From a virus (lineage: Duplodnaviria; Caudoviricetes), in the IMG/VR virus record IMGVR_UViG_3300042554_000410, positions 1 to 64,000 of that record: 64,000 bases of DNA; one strand, 5' to 3'. Below the pieces are notes generated by a model, which was not told the DNA's origin, did not search any database, and saw nothing but the letters and a program-made list of their open reading frames with translations. How positions within the stretch are numbered: position 1 is the first letter of the stretch; each line of letters opens with the position of its first letter. The position numbers and the translations under genes are program-made. Below, one piece after another: positions 54,033 through 64,000 of this stretch.

Positions 54033-56384
54033 TCAAGACTCTTTTCTGTCCTCAGCCGCATAAAAATCAAAACGATGATGGAAAATAGGACTTAATGCTA
54101 ACACTGCCGCTCTTATTTTTCCTTGCTTCTGTAATTGAAATATGTGGCTCATCCATGTATGTTCATTAGGATAAGCCCATTTAGTATCAAGAAAAACTTT
54201 CTTATTACCTTGTCTAGAGAACCAGAGTGGCCAGTTGCAATAATAAAATTCTCCTTCAAAGTATTTCAAGTCTTTATATCTTTTCTCACAAAATATTTCC
54301 GTTTTTGGTGGATCAGAATCTAGACCCTCTTCTGGAAGTTTTGTTTTTTCAGGAAAATATTTTTCTCTTACATCTCGAGGAATATTATACCATGCCCATT
54401 GAGTTTCATTTGTTCCATAAAATTCTGAGTAGGACAATTTTAGATAATCATATCTGTTCCTATGCATTATTTCCAAAGATTTTAGATAGAGATTATCAAC
54501 GTGTCTTTTAAATCCTGAATCACACAGTTCTTCTGTTGAACCATGAATTGTCATATCATCTTCTAAAAAGATATAGTATTCAGAATCACTCTCATTAAAA
54601 TGTTCCGCAACAAACTGTCTGGCACCACTAATACCAAGATTTATTTCTTTTTTTATGTGTTCAAACTTATGAGTTTTACACAAACTATTGTACTTCTCAT
54701 AAGTTGACGAATCTGTAGAATTATCGATTAGTATCTTTCGTGTTCTGTCTAGAAAATCTGATTCACCGTGCCTATACGATTCTATAAGAGTTTCGAATTG
54801 CTCTGGACTATTATATGTTAGAACATATAAAGATGTCTTTAATTCTTCGGCAGTCTTCTTTTTGTTCCAAAGTATTAGTTCTGAATTTGGAACAGAATAT
54901 TCTTCAACTTCACTTAACATTTCAAAGAAAGGATAAACAAGACCATTATCAGACAATTCAAATCTATGAGTATCATTTGGATTATGATATGTTAACATAG
55001 TGTGAAAGTTTTCTTCTGTTCCCATATATCCTGATTTGAGCGTGTCTGATGCTAAGTTATAATATTCACCATTAAGTTTTTTTACTCTATCTTTGTGTCC
55101 ACCGAAGAATCCTCCGCGACAAACATATTCCGTTTTGTCTACACCACAAAACTCAGCGAATTTTGAACTTTCAAATCCATGAACTTCATTATCGTTTTCG
55201 TATGGAAAAGAGAGAAACAGAAATTTATTCTTTATCTTCTTCATATAGTTTTCTATAGAAGAAAGATTTTTTAGCATATTTAAGTCTACTGTATTTGTTA
55301 AACCGGCGTCTATCCAAAAAAAGTAGTCTGTTTTAAATTCATTTCTAACCGAACAGTCGTGTAAGAAAAAGAATTTAGACATAACAATAGGATTGTAATA
55401 TTCTAGTTTAGCTTGTGGAGAATTTTCTAACCAAGACGCCCTTTTATACCAATTTTCATCTTTTCTTATGTCTTGCACAATATCAAAGAAGTCAAAATTA
55501 TTTTTAATATCTTCAAGATCATAAACAATTATTGTTGTGTTTTTGTTAGAGCGATGAGTGTCTACAAATGTTGTCAATTCTTTTGGCACATAAACACACA
55601 TATTAAAGTCGAGACTTAACAATTTGCTAAAGTTATCTAGATAGTGATCGAATGAACGGTTAAAATCTTTCAGTTCACCTCTTCTAATATCCCATAGTCC
55701 AGTTACCAGAGTAAAGTTTGATTTATCTGTTGAAATATTATTTCGCTTTGGAGTTAAATTTTTTTTAGGTTTTACTGAGTAGTTGTTTCCTTTTTTTGTT
55801 TTACAAACCCAAACAATAGACTGAAACTCTTCATCCATAAATCCTTCAAGTTGATTTTTTTTGGATGCCTCAGCAATATCATCTTCTACTATTTCACACC
55901 AGTTCCAAATTTTTCCGTTGATATTTTCTTCAAAAAACTCGCGTGATTTCGAATAGTCGTGGGCCATAATGAAGTCGCCAGGTTTAAGATAGTCTGATAT
56001 TACATTAAACTCTGCAACTTTATAGCCGCCGTCACACAAAACTAATGTTGTTCCGGAACTCTGAATGAAAGATATTACATCTGTGACATCTCTTAACTTA
56101 TAATCGTCTGTAAATATATTCTCGATTCTCAGATCGATTCCTGTTTCAATAATTTTAGAGTAAACACTTCTTCCAGAAATGTCATATGTTCTGATCTCGC
56201 ACGGTTTATTCAAACTCAGCATAATATCGTTCAACGCGAGAATAGTACCGCCACCAGCAGTTCCTATTTCTAATATTCTATCTGGTTTAATTTCTCTTAG
56301 AAATTTTTCAAATACAGAATAAAAATTATCGTGTTGCATAGCGACAAGGTCTTTGTACACTATGTATCCAGTCATTTCAGTCAT
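54033..56384 (-). CDS. fusion: methyltransferase-like + HtrL-like + GT-A-like domains
   Basis: ILEIGTAGGG; TLVTGLWDI...FWIDAG...GGFFGG...MGTEE; IFLEDD. Confidence 0.75.
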   Translation of the reverse strand: MTEMTGYIVYKDLVAMQHDNFYSVFEKFLREIKPDRILEIGTAGGGTILALNDIMLSLNKPCEIRTYDISGRSVYSKIIETGIDLRIENIFTDDYKLRDVTDVISFIQSSGTTLVLCDGGYKVAEFNVISDYLKPGDFIMAHDYSKSREFFEENINGKIWNWCEIVEDDIAEASKKNQLEGFMDEEFQSIVWVCKTKKGNNYSVKPKKNLTPKRNNISTDKSNFTLVTGLWDIRRGELKDFNRSFDHYLDNFSKLLSLDFNMCVYVPKELTTFVDTHRSNKNTTIIVYDLEDIKNNFDFFDIVQDIRKDENWYKRASWLENSPQAKLEYYNPIVMSKFFFLHDCSVRNEFKTDYFFWIDAGLTNTVDLNMLKNLSSIENYMKKIKNKFLFLSFPYENDNEVHGFESSKFAEFCGVDKTEYVCRGGFFGGHKDRVKKLNGEYYNLASDTLKSGYMGTEENFHTMLTYHNPNDTHRFELSDNGLVYPFFEMLSEVEEYSVPNSELILWNKKKTAEELKTSLYVLTYNSPEQFETLIESYRHGESDFLDRTRKILIDNSTDSSTYEKYNSLCKTHKFEHIKKEINLGISGARQFVAEHFNESDSEYYIFLEDDMTIHGSTEELCDSGFKRHVDNLYLKSLEIMHRNRYDYLKLSYSEFYGTNETQWAWYNIPRDVREKYFPEKTKLPEEGLDSDPPKTEIFCEKRYKDLKYFEGEFYYCNWPLWFSRQGNKKVFLDTKWAYPNEHTWMSHIFQLQKQGKIRAAVLALSPIFHHRFDFYAAEDRKES

Positions 56385-56395
56385 ATTTAAACTAT

Positions 56396-56602
56396 CTACC
56401 CCTGCCCGACGGCCTCACGTTTGGCCTTTGTGCGCGCCCTTGCGGCTTTGGCGATTTCGACTTTGCGTTCTCTGGTCGCATAAAGCCATTCTGTGATTTC
56501 TGACGCCGTACGGCCGCAGCCTCTGCAAGTCTTTTCTTCGTCTTCTCTATATGTTCTTTCACTGTCATATTCACACACCTTTGTACAGATTGAGTTTGTC
56601 AT
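56396..56602 (-). CDS. DUF1289-like Cys protein
   Basis: SIC..VC...CRGCGRT..EI..W. Confidence 0.75.
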   Translation of the reverse strand: MTNSICTKVCEYDSERTYREDEEKTCRGCGRTASEITEWLYATRERKVEIAKAARARTKAKREAVGQG

Positions 56603-57468
56603 GTCTTCTCTACTAGATTTTTGATAGAAGTATAAAGTTGTCCTGGATCTACATACTTCTCAAATATATAGTTTGATTTCTTAGAAATACCCATCGTAAA
56701 ACAGTCTGATTCCTGATGACCGAATGCGTAAAATGTCTTGTGAGGATCATTCAAGTTTTCACCAGTAGAAGCATAACAGAATGGACCAGAGTTGCGTCCA
56801 ATTATAAGACTGCAAAACTTAGAAAGATATGCAATCTCGTTTAGATCACATCTGTCAGACTGAATGATATCTCCAGTGTACATAACATTTGGCCAGATAT
56901 TGTCTAGCTTATGAGTTGTAAGAAATACCTTATTCTCATGCTGTGCTGCTAGAGGTCCGATAATCTCTCTCATATCACCATTATACTGACACTGACCCGA
57001 CATAGCTGGTCCATTGCAGAATAATATTTTTGGTCTTGGTTCGCTGTCAATAAAAGAACGAGCATGAGCCAAATCATACTTGCTATAGTCAATATAAGGC
57101 AAATAGTTTTCTACTGGACCAAGTTTCATCTTCTTCTTAAATGTAGTATTGATATCTTCATAGATATCTGCCCACATCTTCATATTGAAGTTGAGTGTGC
57201 ATTCTCCAGTATACTTGTCAAAATAAGAACCAATCCAAGTATTGACAAACAGTATGTCAGGATTTTTTGGTCTTAGTATCTTTACCTTATCTGATATTCC
57301 TTCAAGATGCACATGCTGCAATCCTAAATCTTCGATTGCGCGAGGGTCTTTGTTGTGTGCATACATGACTTTCTCTTTGCCAAGATGCTTGATGACTTCA
57401 CGAACAAATGGCTTGCTGTGGAACAAATCACCATTATGATAGAAGTTGAAGAAGCAAAGTTTTGTCAC
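56599..57468 (-). CDS. hypothetical GT-B-like protein
   Basis: HNGD...IIGRNSGP. Confidence 0.6.
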   Translation of the reverse strand: MTKLCFFNFYHNGDLFHSKPFVREVIKHLGKEKVMYAHNKDPRAIEDLGLQHVHLEGISDKVKILRPKNPDILFVNTWIGSYFDKYTGECTLNFNMKMWADIYEDINTTFKKKMKLGPVENYLPYIDYSKYDLAHARSFIDSEPRPKILFCNGPAMSGQCQYNGDMREIIGPLAAQHENKVFLTTHKLDNIWPNVMYTGDIIQSDRCDLNEIAYLSKFCSLIIGRNSGPFCYASTGENLNDPHKTFYAFGHQESDCFTMGISKKSNYIFEKYVDPGQLYTSIKNLVEKT

Positions 57469-57836
57469 TTTTCTTTTACACCCTTGTATAATTTAACTGA
57501 TTCTTCACGCAAAGACTTGTTGTGTACAATAGCATCATCAATCATAGCATTCAATGCTGCAACTAACTTAGGGCGCTTGACCTTGAAGCAGATGTCGACC
57601 TTGCGCTTTAGGTCGGCCAGTTCTTCATCTGACTTTGCAGCCTGCATAGCATCTTCAAGGTGCCAAGTGCGAATGTGAAGAATAGCCAACTTCTCTAGAA
57701 CTTCACCGATGCTATCAGATGCGGCATATTCTGGAGGTGGATTAAAGTTTAATATCTGACGACCGAGAATGTCATACACATGCTCCTTCAAAATCATATC
57801 CAACATTTCAGAAACAATCTTATTGTTATTCATCAC
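57465..57836 (-). CDS. hypothetical protein (DUF4254-like)
   Basis: SIGE..EKL.IL.IR.W..ED. Confidence 0.6.
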   Translation of the reverse strand: MMNNNKIVSEMLDMILKEHVYDILGRQILNFNPPPEYAASDSIGEVLEKLAILHIRTWHLEDAMQAAKSDEELADLKRKVDICFKVKRPKLVAALNAMIDDAIVHNKSLREESVKLYKGVKEK

Positions 57837-59011
57837 AAACTCCTAATGATGTCTTCAAGAATATTCATTTCTCTATCACCAACAAACTGGTTATTACCTA
57901 TATAGATACCATTATTATGCACGATGTCAACTTTGTATTCTGGCTCTTTGTCCGAGATGCCATAACCTGCCATGTAGGGTTGACGAAGCAAGTTGCCGCC
58001 AACGACAGGACGATATTCAATTGAGTTTGCCTTGAGAAGTTCAATAAGTTTATACTTCACATATTGCGCCCTAGCGATGAATGGAAAGCAGAATGAACTA
58101 TTGCCTTCTTCAACATATCCATCAGCAGGAACATAGAACTTATCTTTTCCATCAATTAACATAATTCGCATGTATCTTGCATAGTTCTTTCTACGTTGCT
58201 CAATAAAGCCATCAAGTTTCTTCAACTGTGATAAACCAAGAACAGCGCCGAGTTCTGTATTGCGGAAGTTATATCCAGCAGTTACAAATAGAAACTGTGG
58301 ATCAATATCAGGATGATTTTCTGCATACGACTCAGGAGTCATCGATACGCGAGACATGCCATGTGAACGCTTCATACGCATTAAATTATATAGAGCAAGG
58401 TTGTTGGTACAAACCATGCCACCTTCAACTGTAGACATATGATGACCAAAGTAGAAACTGAATGTAGAACCGTTTGACCTTGAACCAACTTTATGACCAA
58501 ATATATCTTTTACACCATGACTTTCGCAAACATCTTCTAACATGATTGCTTTTGGAAATATGGATCTAAGAGAAAAAATAGGAGCGGGAAGTCCAAGCAA
58601 ATGTGTCGTGAACACAATATCAATCTTGTGCTTCTTTGCAATCTCCGCAGCATTGTCTAAATCAAAACTATAATTATCTAGATTGATATCGCAGAAGATT
58701 GGTTCCATGCCAAGTTGCATAACAGGATTGATATTCGTTACCCACGTACACGCGGGTACGAGAACCTTAATCTTCTTCTTATTCTTAAAGTATAGTTCCT
58801 TAACAGCATCAAGCAATAAGAAGTTTGCTGTACTGCCAGACGTTACAAACAAAGAATACTTAACACCAAGCCATTCTGACCAAGCTTTCTCAAACTCTTC
58901 GACCTTTTTGCCTTGAGTGAACTTGTCTGTAGTCATCACGAACTTGGCCAAGTTCCATCTGTCGCACCAAGTCAGTGTGTCCTTCATCAATGGCCATTTA
59001 TACGCGGTCAT
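57833..59011 (-). CDS. PLP-dependent sugar 3-dehydratase (ColD-like, DegT family)
   Basis: SGSTAN, EDVCESHG, SFYFGHHMSTVEGG (His at the usual PLP-Lys position), GYNFR. Confidence 0.85.
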   Translation of the reverse strand: MTAYKWPLMKDTLTWCDRWNLAKFVMTTDKFTQGKKVEEFEKAWSEWLGVKYSLFVTSGSTANFLLLDAVKELYFKNKKKIKVLVPACTWVTNINPVMQLGMEPIFCDINLDNYSFDLDNAAEIAKKHKIDIVFTTHLLGLPAPIFSLRSIFPKAIMLEDVCESHGVKDIFGHKVGSRSNGSTFSFYFGHHMSTVEGGMVCTNNLALYNLMRMKRSHGMSRVSMTPESYAENHPDIDPQFLFVTAGYNFRNTELGAVLGLSQLKKLDGFIEQRRKNYARYMRIMLIDGKDKFYVPADGYVEEGNSSFCFPFIARAQYVKYKLIELLKANSIEYRPVVGGNLLRQPYMAGYGISDKEPEYKVDIVHNNGIYIGNNQFVGDREMNILEDIIRSL

Positions 59012-59933
59012 ATGTTTTCCTATTCTCTAAGAACCAATCAATTGTCATTTTCAATCCATCTTCAAGTGAAGTCTTGGCTTTCCAACCAAGTGCATCCATC
59101 TTGCTAGTATCTAGTGCGCGGCGCGGTGTGCCGTTTGGCTGTGCAGTGTCCCAAATCATCGTACCCTCATATCCGACAAGAGATGCAATCAACTCTGACA
59201 GGCAACGAATCGATATCTCACGATTTGGTCCAATGTTGATTGGCTTTGGATCATTATAGTTCTTCATTAGGAAAATTAGTCCGTCAGCCAAATCATCGGC
59301 AAAAAGAAATTCTCGCGTAGGACTGCCGTCACCAAAGCATACTACACTAGACAAACCTCTTTCTTTCGCGTCGATAAATCCATTGATGAATGCAGGAATA
59401 ACATGACACTCATTTCGTCTAAAGTTATCGAAAATGCCATAGAGATTATTTGGCATGACGGAAACAGTTTGCATACCATACTGCTCAGTATATTTCTGGC
59501 ACATGGTAAGACCAGCAATCTTCGCTAGAGCATAACCAATGTTAGTTTCCTCTAGCGGACCAGTCATTAAGTATTCTTCTTTGATCGGCACAGGTGCATG
59601 TTTTGGATAGATACATGCTGTGCCTAAAAACATTAGCTTTCTGCAACCATACTGCTCTGCGCTACTGATAACATTGGTCTGAATCATCAAGTTGTCATAC
59701 ATAAAGTCAGCAGGGAAAGACTTATTGAAGCCAATACCACCAACCTTTGCCGCCGCAAGAAACACATATTCAGGCTCGTAATCATTGAAGAAATGTTGTA
59801 CAAGCTTCTGATCACGCAAATCTATATCACTTGTGATGATATTCTTGTAACCTTGTGCCTGCAACTGACGAATGAGTGCTGTACCGACAAGACCTCTATG
59901 ACCTGCCACATAAATTCTGCTATTACTGTCCAT
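58998..59933 (-). CDS. fcl: GDP-L-fucose/colitose synthase
   Basis: [36 protein letters not shown]. Confidence 0.93.
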   Translation of the reverse strand: MDSNSRIYVAGHRGLVGTALIRQLQAQGYKNIITSDIDLRDQKLVQHFFNDYEPEYVFLAAAKVGGIGFNKSFPADFMYDNLMIQTNVISSAEQYGCRKLMFLGTACIYPKHAPVPIKEEYLMTGPLEETNIGYALAKIAGLTMCQKYTEQYGMQTVSVMPNNLYGIFDNFRRNECHVIPAFINGFIDAKERGLSSVVCFGDGSPTREFLFADDLADGLIFLMKNYNDPKPINIGPNREISIRCLSELIASLVGYEGTMIWDTAQPNGTPRRALDTSKMDALGWKAKTSLEDGLKMTIDWFLENRKTYDRV

Positions 59934-60930
59934 TGATACACATATCCTCTACAAGTTTTTCAAATGTGAACTTTGGTTTCCAACCAAGAACTCTACGAGC
60001 CTTGCTGGAATCACCAAGTAATGTTTCTACTTCCGCTGGTCTGAAATACTTTTCACTCACACGAATAATTGGAGTTGACTTGTATCTTTCATCATAACCA
60101 ACTTCATCAACACCTTCACCATGCCACTTGATATTCATTCCGAAGTACGGCGCTGCTGTCTCTACAAACTGACGAACTGAATACTGCTCACCAGTAGCAA
60201 TCACATAGTCATCTGGCTTGTCTTGCTGGAGCATGAGCCACATGGCCTCAACGAAGTCCTTAGCATGACCCCAATCTCTCTTTGCGTTTAGATTGCCAAG
60301 TGTTAGTGATGACTGATAGCCAGTGCTGATACGAGAAAGGCCCTGCACAATCTTCCTTGTCACGAATGTTTCACCGCGTCGAGGGCTTTCGTGATTGAAT
60401 AGAATACCAGATGAACAGTGCATACCATATGCTTCACGATAATTCTTTACAATCCAGAAGCCGTAGAGTTTAGCAACGCCGTATGGTGAGCGAGGATAGA
60501 ACGGTGTCTTTTCTGTCTGCGGAGTTTCTTGCACAAGACCATAAAGTTCAGATGTCGATGCTTGATAGATACGAACATCTTTTTCCATGCCAAGCAGACG
60601 CACAGCCTCAAGAATGCGAAGTGTGCCAAGAGCATCAACCTGACCAGTGTATTCAGGAATCTCAAAGGATACCTTCACATGAGATTGTGCAGCCAGATTG
60701 TAAATCTCTGTCGGCTTGATTTGCTGAATAAGACGAATGAGTGAAGAACTATCCGTCAAATCTCCGTAGTGAAGAGCAATGCGAGGATAAATATGGTCGA
60801 TACGGTCAGTATTAATAGAAGAAGAACGTCTGATGATTCCATGTACTTCATATCCTTTTTCTAATAAAAGTTCGGCCAGATAAGAACCATCTTGCCCTGT
60901 AATACCTGTAATTAATGCCACCTTACTCAT
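59923..60930 (-). CDS. gmd: GDP-mannose 4,6-dehydratase
   Basis: [40 protein letters not shown]. Confidence 0.97.
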   Translation of the reverse strand: MSKVALITGITGQDGSYLAELLLEKGYEVHGIIRRSSSINTDRIDHIYPRIALHYGDLTDSSSLIRLIQQIKPTEIYNLAAQSHVKVSFEIPEYTGQVDALGTLRILEAVRLLGMEKDVRIYQASTSELYGLVQETPQTEKTPFYPRSPYGVAKLYGFWIVKNYREAYGMHCSSGILFNHESPRRGETFVTRKIVQGLSRISTGYQSSLTLGNLNAKRDWGHAKDFVEAMWLMLQQDKPDDYVIATGEQYSVRQFVETAAPYFGMNIKWHGEGVDEVGYDERYKSTPIIRVSEKYFRPAEVETLLGDSSKARRVLGWKPKFTFEKLVEDMCINGQ

Positions 60931-61976
60931 AGAAAATCCTTCAAGTTATCACTATCACGTTGGATGTTTATCGCTGTTGCCCGAGGATATGGATTAGACT
61001 TATTGTAGTCGTTAATCAAAATTCTTGCGCTGTTATTTAGTCCTGTAATCAACTCAAAGTTTTTGAATCCTAGAAGACTAAGCATCTTGTTTGTTTGCTC
61101 ACGATAAGTATGCGGTCGTGCAGTCGTAAAGATAATCTGACAACCCTTGTCATGATACTCTTTCACTCTGTTACGATTTTCTTCTAGAACAACAGGCGGA
61201 TCGTTATATGTATAAAAACCATAACGAGACTGAGCCTTGATTAGAGTGCCATCAATATCACAGAAGATAACAGGCATGTCATTATACTTGTGCCAATCTT
61301 CTGCTGTACCCACATCGACATAGTTTGAAACTTCATTCTTCACGAAGATTTGGTCACTGCCAAGCATGTCTTGAATGATGTGTGAAACAAATAATTCGCC
61401 TTCTCTATTCTGTATTCTATCATAGATGTCCAGATAATAGTTAGCCGAGTTGAACTTGTACGCGCCGACACAAAACGTATCAGATACGACTTTCTTCTCA
61501 ATGATATCGGTAACAATATTCTGATTGTTGTACTTCACGAAACTCTTTGAAGAAATCTTCTGGAGAGTTTCATGGTCTGCTATGTTTGACACGCAGACAT
61601 AGTTCTGCGGAAGAATTTCATGAGAAAAAAACGAGTCGCAATCTTTCACCAGAAAGGAAAAATCTTTAGGTGGATAACTAAGACCTTTTGAGTATTGAAT
61701 GTTTTTCAAAGCAATACGAACAGTCTCGGCTGGTCCGCGCGTGGGTTTATATACAGTAACGATATTGGCCTCAGGAAGTTCGTTTCTCACAAATTCAAAA
61801 GCATTATACTTATCAATATGATCTTGTAGAATGACAACGGTGATGTCGTGTTTACCGATGAAAGGCTCTACGGCTTTCACAAGCATCATCTTGTTATCAT
61901 ATCCGAAATGTAGATACTTTGGCTTTACATTTGGAAATCTGGTAGAAAGACCAGCGGCTGGTACAATCACTTCCAT
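60927..61976 (-). CDS. nucleotidyltransferase + HAD fusion (capsule-biosynthesis type)
   Basis: PAAGLSTRF...KP, T.GPAET, DCD; C-terminal CDIDGTL, TTAR, RILIND. Confidence 0.8.
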   Translation of the reverse strand: MEVIVPAAGLSTRFPNVKPKYLHFGYDNKMMLVKAVEPFIGKHDITVVILQDHIDKYNAFEFVRNELPEANIVTVYKPTRGPAETVRIALKNIQYSKGLSYPPKDFSFLVKDCDSFFSHEILPQNYVCVSNIADHETLQKISSKSFVKYNNQNIVTDIIEKKVVSDTFCVGAYKFNSANYYLDIYDRIQNREGELFVSHIIQDMLGSDQIFVKNEVSNYVDVGTAEDWHKYNDMPVIFCDIDGTLIKAQSRYGFYTYNDPPVVLEENRNRVKEYHDKGCQIIFTTARPHTYREQTNKMLSLLGFKNFELITGLNNSARILINDYNKSNPYPRATAINIQRDSDNLKDFL

Positions 61977-62707
61977 AATCTGTTTATCTCCTTCACGATG
62001 AAGTTATATTCTAGAGTATTTTTATCACAATGTAAATAGACGCGAAGCAGCATGAGTATCAGTAGATAATCGTTGTTCGCAATCGGGAATCGTTTTAGTA
62101 TATTATCTTGAATGTTTAGCAGTTTCACATCTAGCATGATAGGATCACGCCGTAAAAACCACTTGCATTCCAAATCTTGTCTTAACTTTGCTATGTCAAA
62201 CACCCAGGAATCATATTGCAAAGTGACAGCATCAATAAAGTAAAATCTTCCTTCTGTAGAGCAGATGACGTTTTCCAAAGTCATGTCACCATGATACTGA
62301 GAACACGGCAGAACTTTCGGCAGTCTTTCTATCAATTCGTTCTTTGTGAAAGGAAACATTCCGTCTTCTATCCACGATAGCATATGATTATATACTAGAG
62401 TGTAGTCTTTGTCAATACTTTTCGATGCGAATAATTCTATGGTACGAATAAGAAAGTCACTCAAATCTCTTATTGGATTATTGACCAGATAATTTTGCAT
62501 ATCTAGTCCATAAATGTATTCCATGTCGAGAGTTGTGCCATCATAACTGTAGATTCTAGGAACATCGATGTAGCCAACAAGCGCAGATAATCTTTCGTGA
62601 TTGCGTTCTACATTACCAACCTTACGAACGAATATCTTTTGGTTGTCTTGCAGTAAAGATACAACTGAGCCAGAATGTCCCTTGAGTGTCTTTATGAGTT
62701 TTTCCAT
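61967..62707 (-). CDS. APH/choline-kinase-like sugar kinase
   Basis: GHSG, HGDMTLEN, FID, DIAKLRQD. Confidence 0.75.
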   Translation of the reverse strand: MEKLIKTLKGHSGSVVSLLQDNQKIFVRKVGNVERNHERLSALVGYIDVPRIYSYDGTTLDMEYIYGLDMQNYLVNNPIRDLSDFLIRTIELFASKSIDKDYTLVYNHMLSWIEDGMFPFTKNELIERLPKVLPCSQYHGDMTLENVICSTEGRFYFIDAVTLQYDSWVFDIAKLRQDLECKWFLRRDPIMLDVKLLNIQDNILKRFPIANNDYLLILMLLRVYLHCDKNTLEYNFIVKEINRLWK

Positions 62708-63396
62708 AGTTCCATGTCATCACGAATGAGTGAGTGAGGCGTTGCGTTATATTTGCCTGGTGGAAATGGATTGTTCATGTTCACATATGTCAGTCTTTGT
62801 CCAACAAGTCCCGCTCTCTTGAGATTAGCACTTAACATATTTTCACCAATCATGGGTTCACCGTTATTGTAATATTGATCCATGTGCAAATATGTAGACA
62901 TGTATTCTGTCATGACTTTGTTGCTGCCAAAAGCAAACTGGTCATTACCAAAGTCATGAGTTGGCACCATTCTACAGTTTGGAATATAAAGATTGTTCTT
63001 GTCTAACTGACTGAATGGAATAACACCATTGATAGCATAGTCAAATCTTGTTTTCACAACCCAATCATACTTGTCAAATATCAATTCATACTTTGTTTTA
63101 AGAAGCAAAGATTGAAAAACAGAATAGAACATGGATACAGTTGCGTGTGGTGGCCATCCAGCAGCATTTGGAGTGTTAGTATACTTGTTGTCATAGAATG
63201 ATCTTGATAAAGGATTTTCTACCAAAGATTCCACTGGCTTATACAAGTTAATCACATCTTTAGACTTGTAGACTTTGTTGTGCCAAGTGTGAATGAATAT
63301 ATCGCAATTGTAGTGATTTAACAAATTGTGTTTCATGTACTCATAGCCTTTCTCATAAGAGCGAGGCTGACCTGAGATGCAGACTGCAATCTTCAT
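62692..63396 (-). CDS. putative glycosyltransferase-like protein
   Basis: KIAVCISGQPR, DIFIHTW, YD.V...RFD, NDQFAFG. Confidence 0.7.
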   Translation of the reverse strand: MKIAVCISGQPRSYEKGYEYMKHNLLNHYNCDIFIHTWHNKVYKSKDVINLYKPVESLVENPLSRSFYDNKYTNTPNAAGWPPHATVSMFYSVFQSLLLKTKYELIFDKYDWVVKTRFDYAINGVIPFSQLDKNNLYIPNCRMVPTHDFGNDQFAFGSNKVMTEYMSTYLHMDQYYNNGEPMIGENMLSANLKRAGLVGQRLTYVNMNNPFPPGKYNATPHSLIRDDMELWKNS

Positions 63397-64000
63397 GAGC
63401 GAACTCCTTTATACACGTTCTCTAAGAACCAAAGATTAAAGCGTTTGAGATTCCAAAACTTATCGTGAACATAAGGCAAAGGAAGAGTGTTTGCCATAAC
63501 TTCCCATGTATGTTTATCTTGATCCACTTTTATGATTGTATCGATAAATTCGTTATCACTAACGAAATCATGACGAGATATAAAAGATCCTTCTTGAAAG
63601 TCCATTGTAACAGTTGGTGAACCCCAATAGATTGGCACTGTTCTTGCAATAAAGCCGTGCATAATCTTTTCTGTGCAATAACCAGGATAAGAACTATTCT
63701 CAAAACATAGTGAGAAACGACACTTGCGAAAGAAGTTAATCTTAGACATCACATCACGCGGAAGAACACCTCCAATGTTGTTGAACAATGGACCACCAGA
63801 CATGACTGGCTTGTATTCATTCAACATATGAAACATCTTGTTACGGTACTCAGATGCGCCATTGCCCGCAACAAATCCACAAAACCATTCTTTTTCTTCA
63901 TACTTCACAGGCTTCAAGTTTAAAGAGTCATAACTGAGCATATCAGGTACGCCATTCTTTGTCTGTACCCAATTGTCTAGAACATAGAGTGGCAGACGAT
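63393..64000 (-). CDS. GT10 alpha-1,3-fucosyltransferase-like (5' end outside window)
   Basis: Frame open to window edge (RLPLY); FSLCFENS...GY.TEKI...VPIYWG. Confidence 0.88.
   Translation of the reverse strand, partial: RLPLYVLDNWVQTKNGVPDMLSYDSLNLKPVKYEEKEWFCGFVAGNGASEYRNKMFHMLNEYKPVMSGGPLFNNIGGVLPRDVMSKINFFRKCRFSLCFENSSYPGYCTEKIMHGFIARTVPIYWGSPTVTMDFQEGSFISRHDFVSDNEFIDTIIKVDQDKHTWEVMANTLPLPYVHDKFWNLKRFNLWFLENVYKGVRS

Noticed and set aside
56392-56574. Alternative-frame 60-aa basic ORF
   Set aside because: It overlaps the better-supported DUF1289-like ORF at 56396-56602.
1-64000. CRISPR array, integrase or transposase
   Set aside because: No regularly spaced repeats or recombinase motifs seen; recurring ttcgaacc strings are tRNA T arms.

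Overview
This window comes from a large T4-like (Tevenvirinae-related) phage, almost all on the minus strand. The host is probably an alphaproteobacterium: tRNA-His has G1:U72/A73 and no G-1, and the phage carries L,D-transpeptidase, RlpA and class II RNR. Core genes are nrdC, nrdJ, thyX, gp61 primase, gp41 helicase, uvsX and gp43 polymerase, plus a holin/endolysin block. A block of probable capsid-internal proteins includes an RNA-ligase-like/HAD/kinase trio. There are many sugar-nucleotide, glycosyltransferase and 2OG-Fe(II) genes, and 30 tRNA genes covering all 20 amino acids. Main candidates for new biology: (1) a 27-codon leader peptide using 19 of the 20 amino acids, coupled to a terminator/antiterminator directly upstream of a 24-tRNA operon, i.e. 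a putative general translation-stress attenuator; (2) about ten structured non-tRNA elements among the tRNAs, including a duplicated tRNA mimic, long-stem tRNA-like RNAs, CCA-ended minihelices and pseudoknots; (3) a putative virion-packaged, protease-processed RNA-repair module. All calls were made by eye from motifs and base pairing; no searches or folding programs were run.
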